Part shown: positions 37,434 through 47,482 of the stretch, in pieces | How the letters are laid out: each line of letters opens with the position of its first letter | Position numbering within the stretch: position 1 is the stretch's first letter | Assembly (NCBI GenBank): GCA_002688175.1 | Contig: NZCC01000024.1 | Location: 18,126 to 82,125 of the forward strand | Direction: 5' to 3' | Source: Chromatiales bacterium | Lineage (GTDB): Bacteria; Pseudomonadota; Gammaproteobacteria; Steroidobacterales; GCA-2729495 | Length of the DNA stretch: 64,000 bases | The notes under the pieces: model-generated | Seen by the model: only the letters and a program-made list of their open reading frames with translations | What the model was told of the DNA's origin: nothing | Database searches by the model: none | Made by a program: the position numbers and the translations under genes

Positions 37434-39820
37434 AAACCAACCATCAGGCTATAGCCGGACCCAATGCGCTCGCAGCTCACTATAACGGCCAGCCGCTCGA
37501 TCAGTTGATGGCAGCAGCTGCCGGGCAACGGGATGCCGGCAAAGGCGATATCGTGACCTACTCTCGCAAGGTCTTCATCCCGCTGACCGAATTGTGTCGT
37601 GACGTGTGCCATTACTGCACCTACGCCAAAACGCCCAGCCGACTTGAGCAGGCTTATATGCTGCCAGAAGAGGTGATAAAAATTGCGCAAGCAGGCAAAG
37701 CCGCCGGCTGTCGCGAAGCTCTGTTCACACTCGGCGACAAACCGGAACTACGTTACGAGGCAGCGCGCAAGGCCCTTAAAGCGCTTGGCTGCGAAACGAC
37801 ACTCGAATATGTAAAGCAAATGGCGCAACTTGTTCATGATGAAACAGGGCTATTGCCACACCTGAACCCTGGGGTTCTGCAACGCGCAGATTACGATGAA
37901 CTGCGTGAAGTTGCCGCATCCATGGGCATCATGCTCGAGTCAACAGCTGAACGCCTCACCCAACGCGACGGCCCGCATTTCGGTTCACCGGACAAACACC
38001 CGCAAGCAAGGCTCTTGTCGATTGCTGCTGCCGGTGCAGCTGATGTCCCGCTGACAACTGGCATCCTGATCGGCATCGGTGAATCCCGCCAGGAGCGGAT
38101 TGACAGTCTTACTGCACTGCTGGAACTGCACGAACAATACGGCCACATCCAGGAAATCATTATCCAGAATTTTGTGCCAAAGGCCGGCACAAAAATGCAG
38201 GCGGTCGCCGCACCCGCCTTCGAAGAATTGCTGTGGACCGTTGCGGTCGCCCGGCACATTTTTGGCGCCGACATGAACCTGCAGGCGCCTCCGAATCTGA
38301 ATGCCGATCGATTACCGGCCTTGATTGCCGCCGGTATCAATGACTGGGGCGGCGTGTCACCGATCACGCCCGATCACGTTAACCCCGAATCGCCATGGCC
38401 ACACCTGGGTCAACTTGCCGAACAAACTGCCGAAGCCGGCAAACGTCTGACGCAACGACTGACCATTTACCCGGAATATGCCCTGCAAGCCGAGCGCTGG
38501 ATTCACCCGAGACTACATGCCAGCGTACTACAGCATAGCGACAGCGAAGGCTACACACGTGACGATACGTGGGTAGCTGGTACCGCGATGAAACCACCGT
38601 TTCGTGTCCCACGCGTTCCTGCCCCGACGGCAAACCGGCAACTTGCCGATATCCTGACCCGTGCCGAGGATGGTTTCGCCCTGACGACAGCACAAATCGA
38701 AACACTGTTTGCGGCACGCGGTGATGACTTTGGCGCAGTTTGTCGGGCCGCCGATGCGGTGCGTATCGAGCACAGCGGCAACGGGATAACCTATGCGGTG
38801 AACCGCAATATCAACTATACGAACCTGTGCATATTCAAATGCAAGTTCTGTGCATTTTCTAAAGGCAAGACGAGCGAAAACCTGCGCGGCGCACCTTATG
38901 TGCTGGACATGGATGAAATCAGCCGACGGACCGAAGAAGCCTGGTCCCGCGGTGCAACGGAAGTCTGCCTGCAGGGCGGAATTCATCCGGCCTATACCGG
39001 CCACACCTATCTGGATATATGCCGGGCCGTCAAAGATGCTGTTCCGGATATGCATATCCACGCCTTTTCCCCGCTCGAGGTCATGCATGGCGCACAGACG
39101 CTCGGCAAATCAATCGAAGCCTTTTTGACGGAGCTCATGGCCGCCGGACTGGCGAGCCTGCCCGGCACCGCCGCCGAGATTCTCGATGATGATATTCGCC
39201 GGGTTATCTGTCCGGATAAACTGGACTCCGACGGGTGGCTCGATATCATCGCTACCGCTCACAAAATTGGCCTGCAAACCACCAGCACTATCATGTTCGG
39301 CCATATCGAAGCGTCGCGTCACTGGGCCGTTCACCTGCTCAGGCTACGCCAACTGCAGGAACAAACCGGTGGCATTACCGAATTCGTGCCCCTGCCTTTT
39401 ATTCATATGGAAGCGCCCATGTATTACCGTGGCCATGCCCGGCGCGGGCCAACCTACCGCGAAACACTACTGATGCACGCAATCGCACGCCTGACACTGA
39501 ACCCGGTGATCGACAATATCCAGACTTCATGGGTCAAGCTCGGCACGGAGGTTGCAGCGGATTGCCTGAATGCAGGCGCGAATGATCTCGGCGGAACACT
39601 GATGAATGAATCAATTTCCCGGGCAGCGGGTGCAGGTCATGGTCAGGAACTGGCTCCAGCACTCATGGATGCACTGATCGAAACCCTTGGACGAACGCCG
39701 CGCCAGCGTACCACGCTGTACAACACCCCGCCCGCTGAGCGGGTCGCAGCATCTTACCATGCACGCCCGTTGACGGCGATTCACAACGAGCCGGCAAAAT
39801 CATACCAGGCTGCTTCATAA
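37430..39820 (+). CDS. fbiC: Fo synthase, fused CofG-CofH (two radical SAM domains)
   Basis: CRDVCHYC and CIFKCKFC radical SAM motifs; NDWGGVSP; NDLGGTLMNESISRAAG; ATG 37430 overlaps the cofC stop. Confidence 0.95.
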   Translation: MKTNHQAIAGPNALAAHYNGQPLDQLMAAAAGQRDAGKGDIVTYSRKVFIPLTELCRDVCHYCTYAKTPSRLEQAYMLPEEVIKIAQAGKAAGCREALFTLGDKPELRYEAARKALKALGCETTLEYVKQMAQLVHDETGLLPHLNPGVLQRADYDELREVAASMGIMLESTAERLTQRDGPHFGSPDKHPQARLLSIAAAGAADVPLTTGILIGIGESRQERIDSLTALLELHEQYGHIQEIIIQNFVPKAGTKMQAVAAPAFEELLWTVAVARHIFGADMNLQAPPNLNADRLPALIAAGINDWGGVSPITPDHVNPESPWPHLGQLAEQTAEAGKRLTQRLTIYPEYALQAERWIHPRLHASVLQHSDSEGYTRDDTWVAGTAMKPPFRVPRVPAPTANRQLADILTRAEDGFALTTAQIETLFAARGDDFGAVCRAADAVRIEHSGNGITYAVNRNINYTNLCIFKCKFCAFSKGKTSENLRGAPYVLDMDEISRRTEEAWSRGATEVCLQGGIHPAYTGHTYLDICRAVKDAVPDMHIHAFSPLEVMHGAQTLGKSIEAFLTELMAAGLASLPGTAAEILDDDIRRVICPDKLDSDGWLDIIATAHKIGLQTTSTIMFGHIEASRHWAVHLLRLRQLQEQTGGITEFVPLPFIHMEAPMYYRGHARRGPTYRETLLMHAIARLTLNPVIDNIQTSWVKLGTEVAADCLNAGANDLGGTLMNESISRAAGAGHGQELAPALMDALIETLGRTPRQRTTLYNTPPAERVAASYHARPLTAIHNEPAKSYQAAS

Positions 39821-39908
39821 GCATCGAAGACCCTGACTCCGACATCAATTGGCGCACCGGATAAAAGTAAATTTTATTTTCTGGCAGCCAGCGTTCGCAG
39901 GTAACCGG

Positions 39909-40715
39909 TTATTTTGAGGTGAGGCCCAGTTTCTCCACCGCTGCCATAAGTTGCGCCCAGCGCTGCTCGACACTTCCCGTGTAACCAATCGAAAGACGGA
40001 CCAGACCAGGACTGATGCCCGCTTTCGAGCGGTCATGTTCCGAGAGTTCGCTTGAAGTGGAACTGGCCGGACAGGACATCAGTGTCTCAAAGAAACCGAG
40101 ACTTACGGCCATCAAACCGAAGCGGTCGGTGTTCTGCAACAATTCCATAAATTCATTCGCTGCCTCAGTGGTGTGAAGATCAATACAAAAAACGCCGCCC
40201 GCTCCATAGGTCTCATTGCCTATCTGTTTTAATAAAGCGTAATCAGGATGTGACGAAAGTCCCGGGTAGATGACTGCCACGCCCATCGCTTCCAGCCGGG
40301 ACGCATACAGGTGTGCGCGTTGGCTGTGTTCGGTCATCCTCAACCCAAGATGTGGAAGCCGTAAACTGATGTCATAGGCGACCCGCGGGTCCATGGTCGG
40401 CCCGATGAGCATCAGTGAGCCGTAGTGGAGATCCATCAGGCTACTGATAAATTCAGAACTGCCACAGATCGCCCCGGCAATCGCATCGGATGCGCCGTTG
40501 ATGAACTTTGTCAGGCTGTGCACAACAACATCCGCGCCCAGATTCAGGGGCGAAACCATCAGCGGGCAGAAGGTATTGTCGACCACGAGTTGCGCCCCGC
40601 ATGCATGTGCAAGTTCTGCCAGCCGGGGAATATCTGCAATCCGCAGGGTCGGGTTAGCCATCGTCTCTACATATAAAACGCGCGTTTTATCTGTCAGCGC
40701 CTGCTCGACGGCGCC
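39909..40715 (-). pseudogene. 5'-truncated methionine gamma-lyase / trans-sulfuration PLP enzyme
   Basis: C-terminal part intact (ETMANP, VDNTF, HSLTKF, AVSLG, GLVRLSIG). Homology extends upstream only to AVEQALTDKTRVLY, then an in-frame TAA at 40722-40724; the N-terminal part is absent. Confidence 0.75.
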
Positions 40716-40779
40716 AATTCCTTATCGATAGCCGAGCATAACACCGAAATGGCAGTACAATTACTCGTTTTAGTACAGT

Positions 40780-43575
40780 TTGAAAAATCATGGAAACAAA
40801 GGCCAGCGAAAAATGAACTGCCGGCATACGTGTAATAAATTAGCCTTTATCAGTATTTTTTTGACATTAAATTTGCTCACTGCTTGCAGCAATGACACAA
40901 ACAACGGCGTTGAAACCAACGCAAAACCTGCCGTCGAATCCAATCAATACTTTCGCTTACCGGATACTGTTCGCCCTGAACACTACCGATTAGACCTGAC
41001 GATCATTCCTGATACAGACCACTTTTCCGGTCACACTGCAATCGACATTGAGATTATCCAGCCAGTAAGCACTATCTGGTTACATGGCAAAGACCTGGAT
41101 ATAGCCTCGGCCGTGGTGACAACAAATGGCGGTAGAACCTTACCGGCAACTTATAGCGAAGTAACCACAGACGGCATGGCGCGTCTTGATTTTGCTGAAG
41201 AACTGCAACCACAACATGCAACGATTAATTTTGACTATACGGCACCCTTCAAGGCTACGCTGAATGGTCTTTATAAGGTGAAAGTGGGCGAGGATTCGTA
41301 CGGATTTACACAATTTGAAAGCATCTATGCTCGCAGGGCTTTCCCCTCTTTCGATGAACCACGATTCAAGACTCCATTTGATATTTCTGTTACTACCCGT
41401 TCCGCCTACAGCGCCTTCAGCAATACGCTATCAACCGACGAAATCAAACTCGACAATGACCTGAAGAAAATCAGCTATGCCACCACCAAACCATTACCGA
41501 CTTACCTGGTGGCATTCGCAGTCGGTCCGCTGGATGTTGTGGAATGGACTCCCATCCCACCATCCACCTTGCGCGACCAGCCAATTCCCCTGCGCGGACT
41601 GGCAGCACGCGGACAGGGTAAACGCATGGCCTGGGCGCTGGAAAACACGGCTGAACTGCTTGAGTGGCTCGAAGAATATTTTGCCATCGCATACCCCTAT
41701 GACAAGCTGGACATCGTTGCGGTACCGGATTTTGCCTCTGGTGCGATGGAGAATGCCGGCCTGATCACCTACCGGGAACCGCTGTTGCTGTTTGGCGACC
41801 GACCATCCATCAACATGCAGCGGCGCTATGCAATGACCCATGCCCATGAATTGAGCCATCAGTGGTTCGGTAATCTGGTCACTATGCCGTGGTGGGATGA
41901 TATCTGGCTAAATGAAGCCTTTGCGAGCTGGATTCAGGCCAAGGCAGCGCACGACTGGAGCAAGGAATACAAATTTGACAGGAATACCCAGGCGCGGGCC
42001 ATCAATGCCATGTCTGCAGACAGCCTGATCACTGCCCGTCAGATACGACAGCCCGTCAATAACTCCGGTGATATCGTCACCGCCTTCGATGGCATCACCT
42101 ACCTCAAAGGCGCCGGCGTACTGCAAATGATTGAGCGCTATCTTGGTGAGAATAACTTTCGTGAAGGCATTCGCAATTACATGCGGGAACACGCTTTTGG
42201 CAGCGCCACCGTCTATGACCTGATCGCAGCACTGACTAAAGCGACACAAAAAGATACTTCTGGCAACAAGGATGTTAAGGGAGTGTTTGAAAGCTTCTTG
42301 TTTCAACCAGGCGTTCCCTATGTTGATGTTGCCATGCATTGCGATACCGACAAAGTAACCGTTGCGCTTGCCCAGGAACGCTACCTGCCTTTGGGTTCTG
42401 CCGGTGACCGCAACAAAACCTGGAAGATTCCGGCTTGTCTCGCCTGGGGAACAGGAACCGAGCGTAGCGAAGAATGCGTACTATTGACTGAGAAAAAACA
42501 GACTGTTTCGTTATCGACCTCAGGCGAATGCCCCGCCTGGTTAATGCCTAATGCCGGTGGTGCGGGGCACTTTCGCTGGAACCTCGATGCTGATGGCATG
42601 CAGGCATTGCTTGAAGTCTTCAACACTGCGCTCGATGCTCAGGAGCGCATCTCATTGGTCGACAGCCTGATCGCCGGAGTCTACAACGGCTCAATCCCGG
42701 TCGGGACACTGGTTGAAATGCTCCCGGATATTAGTGCCGCGAAGGAGCGCACTGTCGTAACCTCCCCACTGGGAATCTATCGACGCATCCTGACTCAACT
42801 GCTGAGCGATGACCTGCGCGAGACAGCAAGAAATCATGCAGACGCAATTCTGACCCCCCGCCTCGCGGCACTGGATGGTGCTGACGGGGCAGAATCAAAG
42901 GTTGAAGCAACGATGCTGCGCCGTTACCTCGTAGATTTTCTTGCCCTTGATGTACGTTCCGTGGATCTGCGTAATCAGCTTAAAGAGGCCGCCCATCAAT
43001 ATATCGGTTACCAGGCTGATGGCGCTTTACACCTTGATGCACTGGATCCTGATGTGCTGACCACAGCTTTGATCGTAGCTGTTCAGGACAGTGACCACAG
43101 TTTTACAGATGCATTGATCGAGCAATTAAAAGCCAGCGATAATCAGCGCCTGCGACAGGCCATCATTACCGCACTGGCGAAAGCGATTGACCCCGATGTC
43201 ATTCGCAAGAGTCGCGCCCTGGTAATGAGTGATGCCGTCCGCTCCAATGAACTGCAAAACTGGCTGAGTCTGATTCTAAATCACGACAGCCGGGACGAGA
43301 ACCTGCCCTGGGTTCAGAAGAACCTGGACCTGATCCTGAAAAGTGGTTCCGACCGGATCGCCCGGGATGCACCAAGATCATTTGGAAAATGGTTTTGTTC
43401 CGATGAAGACGCTGCCCAACTAAAAACCATGTTCGAAAGTCGCGTGGATGATTACATTGGCAGTCGCCGAGTCTACGAACAAACCCTGGAAAGTATCGAC
43501 TTGTGCACTGCCTTCAAAAAAGGGCAGTCTGACAATGCGGCTGAATATTTCTCGGGATTGATGCAGAAGCAATAG
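40780..43575 (+). CDS. M1 family aminopeptidase with ERAP1-like C-terminal domain, probable lipoprotein
   Basis: GAMEN, HELSHQWFGN...WLNEAFA, YLKG; lipobox-like LLTAC. Start may be 40813. Confidence 0.92.
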   Translation: MKNHGNKGQRKMNCRHTCNKLAFISIFLTLNLLTACSNDTNNGVETNAKPAVESNQYFRLPDTVRPEHYRLDLTIIPDTDHFSGHTAIDIEIIQPVSTIWLHGKDLDIASAVVTTNGGRTLPATYSEVTTDGMARLDFAEELQPQHATINFDYTAPFKATLNGLYKVKVGEDSYGFTQFESIYARRAFPSFDEPRFKTPFDISVTTRSAYSAFSNTLSTDEIKLDNDLKKISYATTKPLPTYLVAFAVGPLDVVEWTPIPPSTLRDQPIPLRGLAARGQGKRMAWALENTAELLEWLEEYFAIAYPYDKLDIVAVPDFASGAMENAGLITYREPLLLFGDRPSINMQRRYAMTHAHELSHQWFGNLVTMPWWDDIWLNEAFASWIQAKAAHDWSKEYKFDRNTQARAINAMSADSLITARQIRQPVNNSGDIVTAFDGITYLKGAGVLQMIERYLGENNFREGIRNYMREHAFGSATVYDLIAALTKATQKDTSGNKDVKGVFESFLFQPGVPYVDVAMHCDTDKVTVALAQERYLPLGSAGDRNKTWKIPACLAWGTGTERSEECVLLTEKKQTVSLSTSGECPAWLMPNAGGAGHFRWNLDADGMQALLEVFNTALDAQERISLVDSLIAGVYNGSIPVGTLVEMLPDISAAKERTVVTSPLGIYRRILTQLLSDDLRETARNHADAILTPRLAALDGADGAESKVEATMLRRYLVDFLALDVRSVDLRNQLKEAAHQYIGYQADGALHLDALDPDVLTTALIVAVQDSDHSFTDALIEQLKASDNQRLRQAIITALAKAIDPDVIRKSRALVMSDAVRSNELQNWLSLILNHDSRDENLPWVQKNLDLILKSGSDRIARDAPRSFGKWFCSDEDAAQLKTMFESRVDDYIGSRRVYEQTLESIDLCTAFKKGQSDNAAEYFSGLMQKQ

Positions 43576-43744
43576 ATCGATTGATATGCGCGTTAAATCT
43601 ATATGAACGAATTATGAAGTAAATTGATACACAAATTATCCTGACAGACAGGCGGTCTGTGCTTGCCCGGCTTTAACTTACAGTAGAACGAGCGATATAT
43701 AATATCGAGCAAACATAGCGCAGATAACCGGGAGAGAATAAGAA

Positions 43745-44515
43745 ATGAACACATCGGCAGACACCCTTTCAATCCGTGACCAGGTAAGTGATGAAGAGTG
43801 GCAAATGAGAGTTGACCTGGCAGCCTGTTACCGCCTCATAGCAATGTACGGTTGGGACGACCTTATTTTCACGCACATATCAGTTCGCATCCCGGGTCCA
43901 GACCAGCATTTTCTAATCAACGCCTACGGTTTGCTATTTGAAGAAATAACCGCCAGCAACCTCATCAAGGTTGACCTGGCCGGAAACAAAATTATGGAGT
44001 CGCCCTATCCCGTCAATCCGGCCGGCTTTACCATTCACAGCGCCGTTCATGAAGCCCGCTCGGATATCCGTTGCGTCCTGCACACGCATACCCGGGCCGG
44101 CGTTGCCGTATCAACGCAACAGGACGGCCTGTTACCGTTATCGCAAATCTCGCTCGTGGCACTGGCTTCAATCGGCTATCACGATTACGAGGGAATCGCT
44201 CTGAATGCGGAGGAGAAGCCGCGACTGGTAGCAGACCTCGGCGATAAATTATTTCTGATCCTGCGCAATCACGGCCTGCTGACAGTTGGCGCATCCATAG
44301 CCGATGCATTCCTGGCGATGTATGCGCTGGAAACTGCCTGCCAGGCACAAGTCCTGGCGCAATCGAGTGGCGTGCCGCTCGTCCAGATCAAGCCCCAGAT
44401 TCTCGCTGGTATTGCTGCCCAGGTTGAAGAAGTTACCAAGGGACTAGGCGGCCAACTGGCCTGGCCCGGACTGCTGCGCAAGCTGGACAAAGTCGATCCA
44501 ACGTATCGCGACTAG
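43745..44515 (+). CDS. Class II aldolase/adducin family protein
   Basis: DLAACYRL, THISVR, GFTIHSAVH, HTHT, LRNHGLL. Confidence 0.9.
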   Translation: MNTSADTLSIRDQVSDEEWQMRVDLAACYRLIAMYGWDDLIFTHISVRIPGPDQHFLINAYGLLFEEITASNLIKVDLAGNKIMESPYPVNPAGFTIHSAVHEARSDIRCVLHTHTRAGVAVSTQQDGLLPLSQISLVALASIGYHDYEGIALNAEEKPRLVADLGDKLFLILRNHGLLTVGASIADAFLAMYALETACQAQVLAQSSGVPLVQIKPQILAGIAAQVEEVTKGLGGQLAWPGLLRKLDKVDPTYRD

Positions 44516-44548
44516 TTGACCGGATGCCGGCCGGTTCCTCAGCGCTTA

Positions 44549-45922
44549 TCAAGCACTCCACTGGTCGGCTTCAATCACGCTGTCACGAAAATGCTTGAGG
44601 TTGTTGGCCAGGAACCCCAACGCCAGTATGCCCGCTCCAATCACCACACACACAATGGAGTAGCGTAGCGCGGCATCATCGGCGAACACATAGTCCGTTA
44701 CCAGGGCCACCGAGGTTGAACCCAGGATCAGCCCAAGCAGACCGATCACGAAGTAGTACATTGCTGCTGTAACGGCGCGCATCTGATTAGGCACAATCAT
44801 CATCAGAGATGCTGAGCCGGTCGCTGATGGCATGGCCGCACCTGCAGTGGCTGGAAACAGCATTGCCACAGTCCACTCAGCTGTAGGCATCAACGGAGCT
44901 GCTATCGAGGCGGCAATCAGAATCAGTACGCCGATCAGCGTTGCGCGCATGTGACCATCCCGATAGCCTCGCCGGTACAGCTCATCACCCAGCCAGCCAC
45001 CCAGTGTTACGCCGGTGGGGCCGGCAAATAGAATGACCAGGCCATAGGCGGTGCTGATCTCGGGGATGGTCCAGCCCCAGGTACGAACAAACATGGTGGG
45101 AATCCAGAACATGAAGGCATAGCCGATGATCGTAACTACTGACATGCCCATGAACATGGTTCCATAGGTCCGCCAGCGTTGCAGCAGAAACCGCGCGACC
45201 TGCCCGATCGACATACCATCCTGAGCTTCTGCCACCTGGTCCTGCAGCCTGATTTTATCCTGACGCACGGGCTCCCTGACCGTAGCCATGAGTACGGCGA
45301 TGATCAGACCCGGCAGACCCACCCATAACAATACGGTCTGCCACGCCGCAAGTTCGCCGACCAGCGGCAAACTCACCGCCGGGGCCTTGCTGACATAACT
45401 GATCACCTGACCGCCAACCAGCATTGCAATCCCGGCACCCAGGGAAATTCCCAGGCTGTAGAACGCTACTGGCTTGCCGCGCCGTTCCCGGGGGAAATAA
45501 TCGCTGATCATCGACAGTGCAGCAGGGTTCAATGCGGCCTGGCCGACACCGACGCCGAGGCGAGCAAGAAACAGGTAAGTGAAATTTTTTGCTAATCCGC
45601 AGGCCGCTGTCATCAGGCACCACACGGTAATAGCAATGGTGATCATGCCACGTCGGCTACGCTGATCCGCCATTCGGCCCAGTGGTATCGCCAGCACGGT
45701 ATAGAAAATGGCAAATGCCAGGCCCAGCAACAGGCTCATTTCCGTATCGGTAATACCGAGGTCCGCTTTGATCGGCTGCACAAGTAAAGCCAGAATTTGC
45801 CGGTCCAGAAAGGACACGGCATAGGCCACGGTGAGTATGATCACGACATACCATCCATAGGCCGGTGCCGGATACGATGAGGCGGCTGTGGAATCAGCCT
45901 GGGTTGACTCAGTCACAGCCAT
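44549..45922 (-). CDS. MFS transporter (spinster-like)
   Basis: SFLDRQ, GRMADQRSRR, ARLGVGVGQA, SDYFP; about 12 hydrophobic segments. Confidence 0.9.
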   Translation of the reverse strand: MAVTESTQADSTAASSYPAPAYGWYVVIILTVAYAVSFLDRQILALLVQPIKADLGITDTEMSLLLGLAFAIFYTVLAIPLGRMADQRSRRGMITIAITVWCLMTAACGLAKNFTYLFLARLGVGVGQAALNPAALSMISDYFPRERRGKPVAFYSLGISLGAGIAMLVGGQVISYVSKAPAVSLPLVGELAAWQTVLLWVGLPGLIIAVLMATVREPVRQDKIRLQDQVAEAQDGMSIGQVARFLLQRWRTYGTMFMGMSVVTIIGYAFMFWIPTMFVRTWGWTIPEISTAYGLVILFAGPTGVTLGGWLGDELYRRGYRDGHMRATLIGVLILIAASIAAPLMPTAEWTVAMLFPATAGAAMPSATGSASLMMIVPNQMRAVTAAMYYFVIGLLGLILGSTSVALVTDYVFADDAALRYSIVCVVIGAGILALGFLANNLKHFRDSVIEADQWSA

Positions 45923-46151
45923 TGTTCCCCTTTATGAACGCAAATCTTACCTTCGATATAATTACGGCCAGGGCCGTGCACGACCATGAGAGAAACTGCG
46001 CTTCGTTTGCACTGCGCACCAACAAGCCGTTTGGGCTGGAATAATGATACAACAAGTCTATGCTCGGTGATTTAATCGGATAAAAATTTCCAGCTATTCC
46101 AGTTAGCTGCCATTTAAAGCTACCAGCCCTTGGCCGGATTGGGGAAACAAT

Positions 46152-47213
46152 ATGGACTACACTCTTCATCAACGCGGTCGTGCGAGCGTAGAGTTCCTCG
46201 TTGACCTCGGCATAGAAGCCGTACGACTGGAAAAAACCGCCGATGAATATGCCGAGGCGGCAGGTCTGACGACGGTGGAACTGCCCGAGGATCTTGACGA
46301 ACTTCAGGCAAAGGTGACCCCTGTGATGCAGGACTGTCTGGATTTTCGGATTTTTCGCGTGGTACGGGAATGGCAACTGGATCAACACGGCCTGATCGCC
46401 ATGGATGCGTTTGACGAGATGCGTCCGGATATAGAGACAATGATACAGGCTCTGCAGGAAGGCCCCACCCGGATTCAATATGCACAAAACCTTAAAGCAC
46501 CGGACTATTGGGATGGTTATGAATTTCACCGCTCCGCCGGGGGTTGGGGTGGACACGATTGCATGGGCTTCGTCCATGGTGAAATCATCCATCGCAAGAT
46601 GGTCAGCAACCACCTGGCTGACGTCATCATGGGTCAGCGCAGAGCCGCGGCAAAAATGCCGCCGGTAGAAAATCCCGAAAAAATTCTGGATATGGGTTGT
46701 GGCAGTGCCCAGTATACTCAGGGTTTGGCCGAAGCCTTTCCTGATGCGGAAATCTGGGGTTGCGATCTAAGTTCGCGACAACTGGAAGAGGCTCAGCGCC
46801 GCGCCAATGAAAAGGGACTGACCTGGCACCTGTTCGAGGCAGCGGCCGAAGACACAGGTCTGGAAAGTAATCAGTTCGACCTGGTAACTTCTTATGCGAT
46901 TTTCCATGAATTCCCATCCAGTGTAGCCCGTGAAGTTCTGCAAGAAACTTTACGCCTGCTTAAACCCGGCGGGGTGACCCTGATGGGAGATGTGAAGGCA
47001 TACCATGCCCACGACGATTACAATCGCTGGAAGGCAGATTTTCTGAACCAGATCCATGGGGGCGATCCTTTCTGGCGTGAATATGCCACCACCGACCTTG
47101 CCACGATGGCTACGGAGGCGGGTTTTGTCGAGGCGGAATGGTTTGGAGTCGGAGATAATCAATATCCCTTCGTACTGATTGCAAAAAAACCTGATGAACG
47201 GAAAACCACATGA
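46152..47213 (+). CDS. Class I SAM-dependent methyltransferase with N-terminal extension
   Basis: ILDMGCGSA, GCDLS, FDLVTSYAIFHE, LLKPGG. Confidence 0.85.
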   Translation: MDYTLHQRGRASVEFLVDLGIEAVRLEKTADEYAEAAGLTTVELPEDLDELQAKVTPVMQDCLDFRIFRVVREWQLDQHGLIAMDAFDEMRPDIETMIQALQEGPTRIQYAQNLKAPDYWDGYEFHRSAGGWGGHDCMGFVHGEIIHRKMVSNHLADVIMGQRRAAAKMPPVENPEKILDMGCGSAQYTQGLAEAFPDAEIWGCDLSSRQLEEAQRRANEKGLTWHLFEAAAEDTGLESNQFDLVTSYAIFHEFPSSVAREVLQETLRLLKPGGVTLMGDVKAYHAHDDYNRWKADFLNQIHGGDPFWREYATTDLATMATEAGFVEAEWFGVGDNQYPFVLIAKKPDERKTT

Positions 47214-47476
47214 TCGACCAAGTATTAAAAGCAGAAGATACAGACCGACTAGCCCAGGCTGTGATAACACTGACCAAAGAATTATGGGTACTGAAGGACC
47301 GTCAGCGAATCCTTGAAGCTACCTTACAGGATGCCGGAGTGCTGGATAACGCGGCGATTGAAACCTATGATCCTGATACCACTCTCAGTGAAACGTTAAT
47401 GGCTGAACGCCGGCAACTCATAGACAGTGTTCTTGACACCCTGATTACGCCCCCGCTGAATGCCCCTCATCGATAA
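47210..47476 (+). CDS. Small helical hypothetical protein
   Basis: ATGA-coupled to the methyltransferase; ELWVLKDRQRILE segment. Confidence 0.7.
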   Translation: MIDQVLKAEDTDRLAQAVITLTKELWVLKDRQRILEATLQDAGVLDNAAIETYDPDTTLSETLMAERRQLIDSVLDTLITPPLNAPHR

Positions 47477-47482
47477 GCGGTT

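Noticed and set aside
40673..40690. Perfect 18-bp palindrome ATAAAACGCGCGTTTTAT
   Set aside because: Lies in sequence encoding the conserved DKTRVL of the truncated lyase; single copy, probably coincidental.
45909..46613. 234-aa minus-strand ORF
   Set aside because: Mostly antisense to the methyltransferase, with no motifs.
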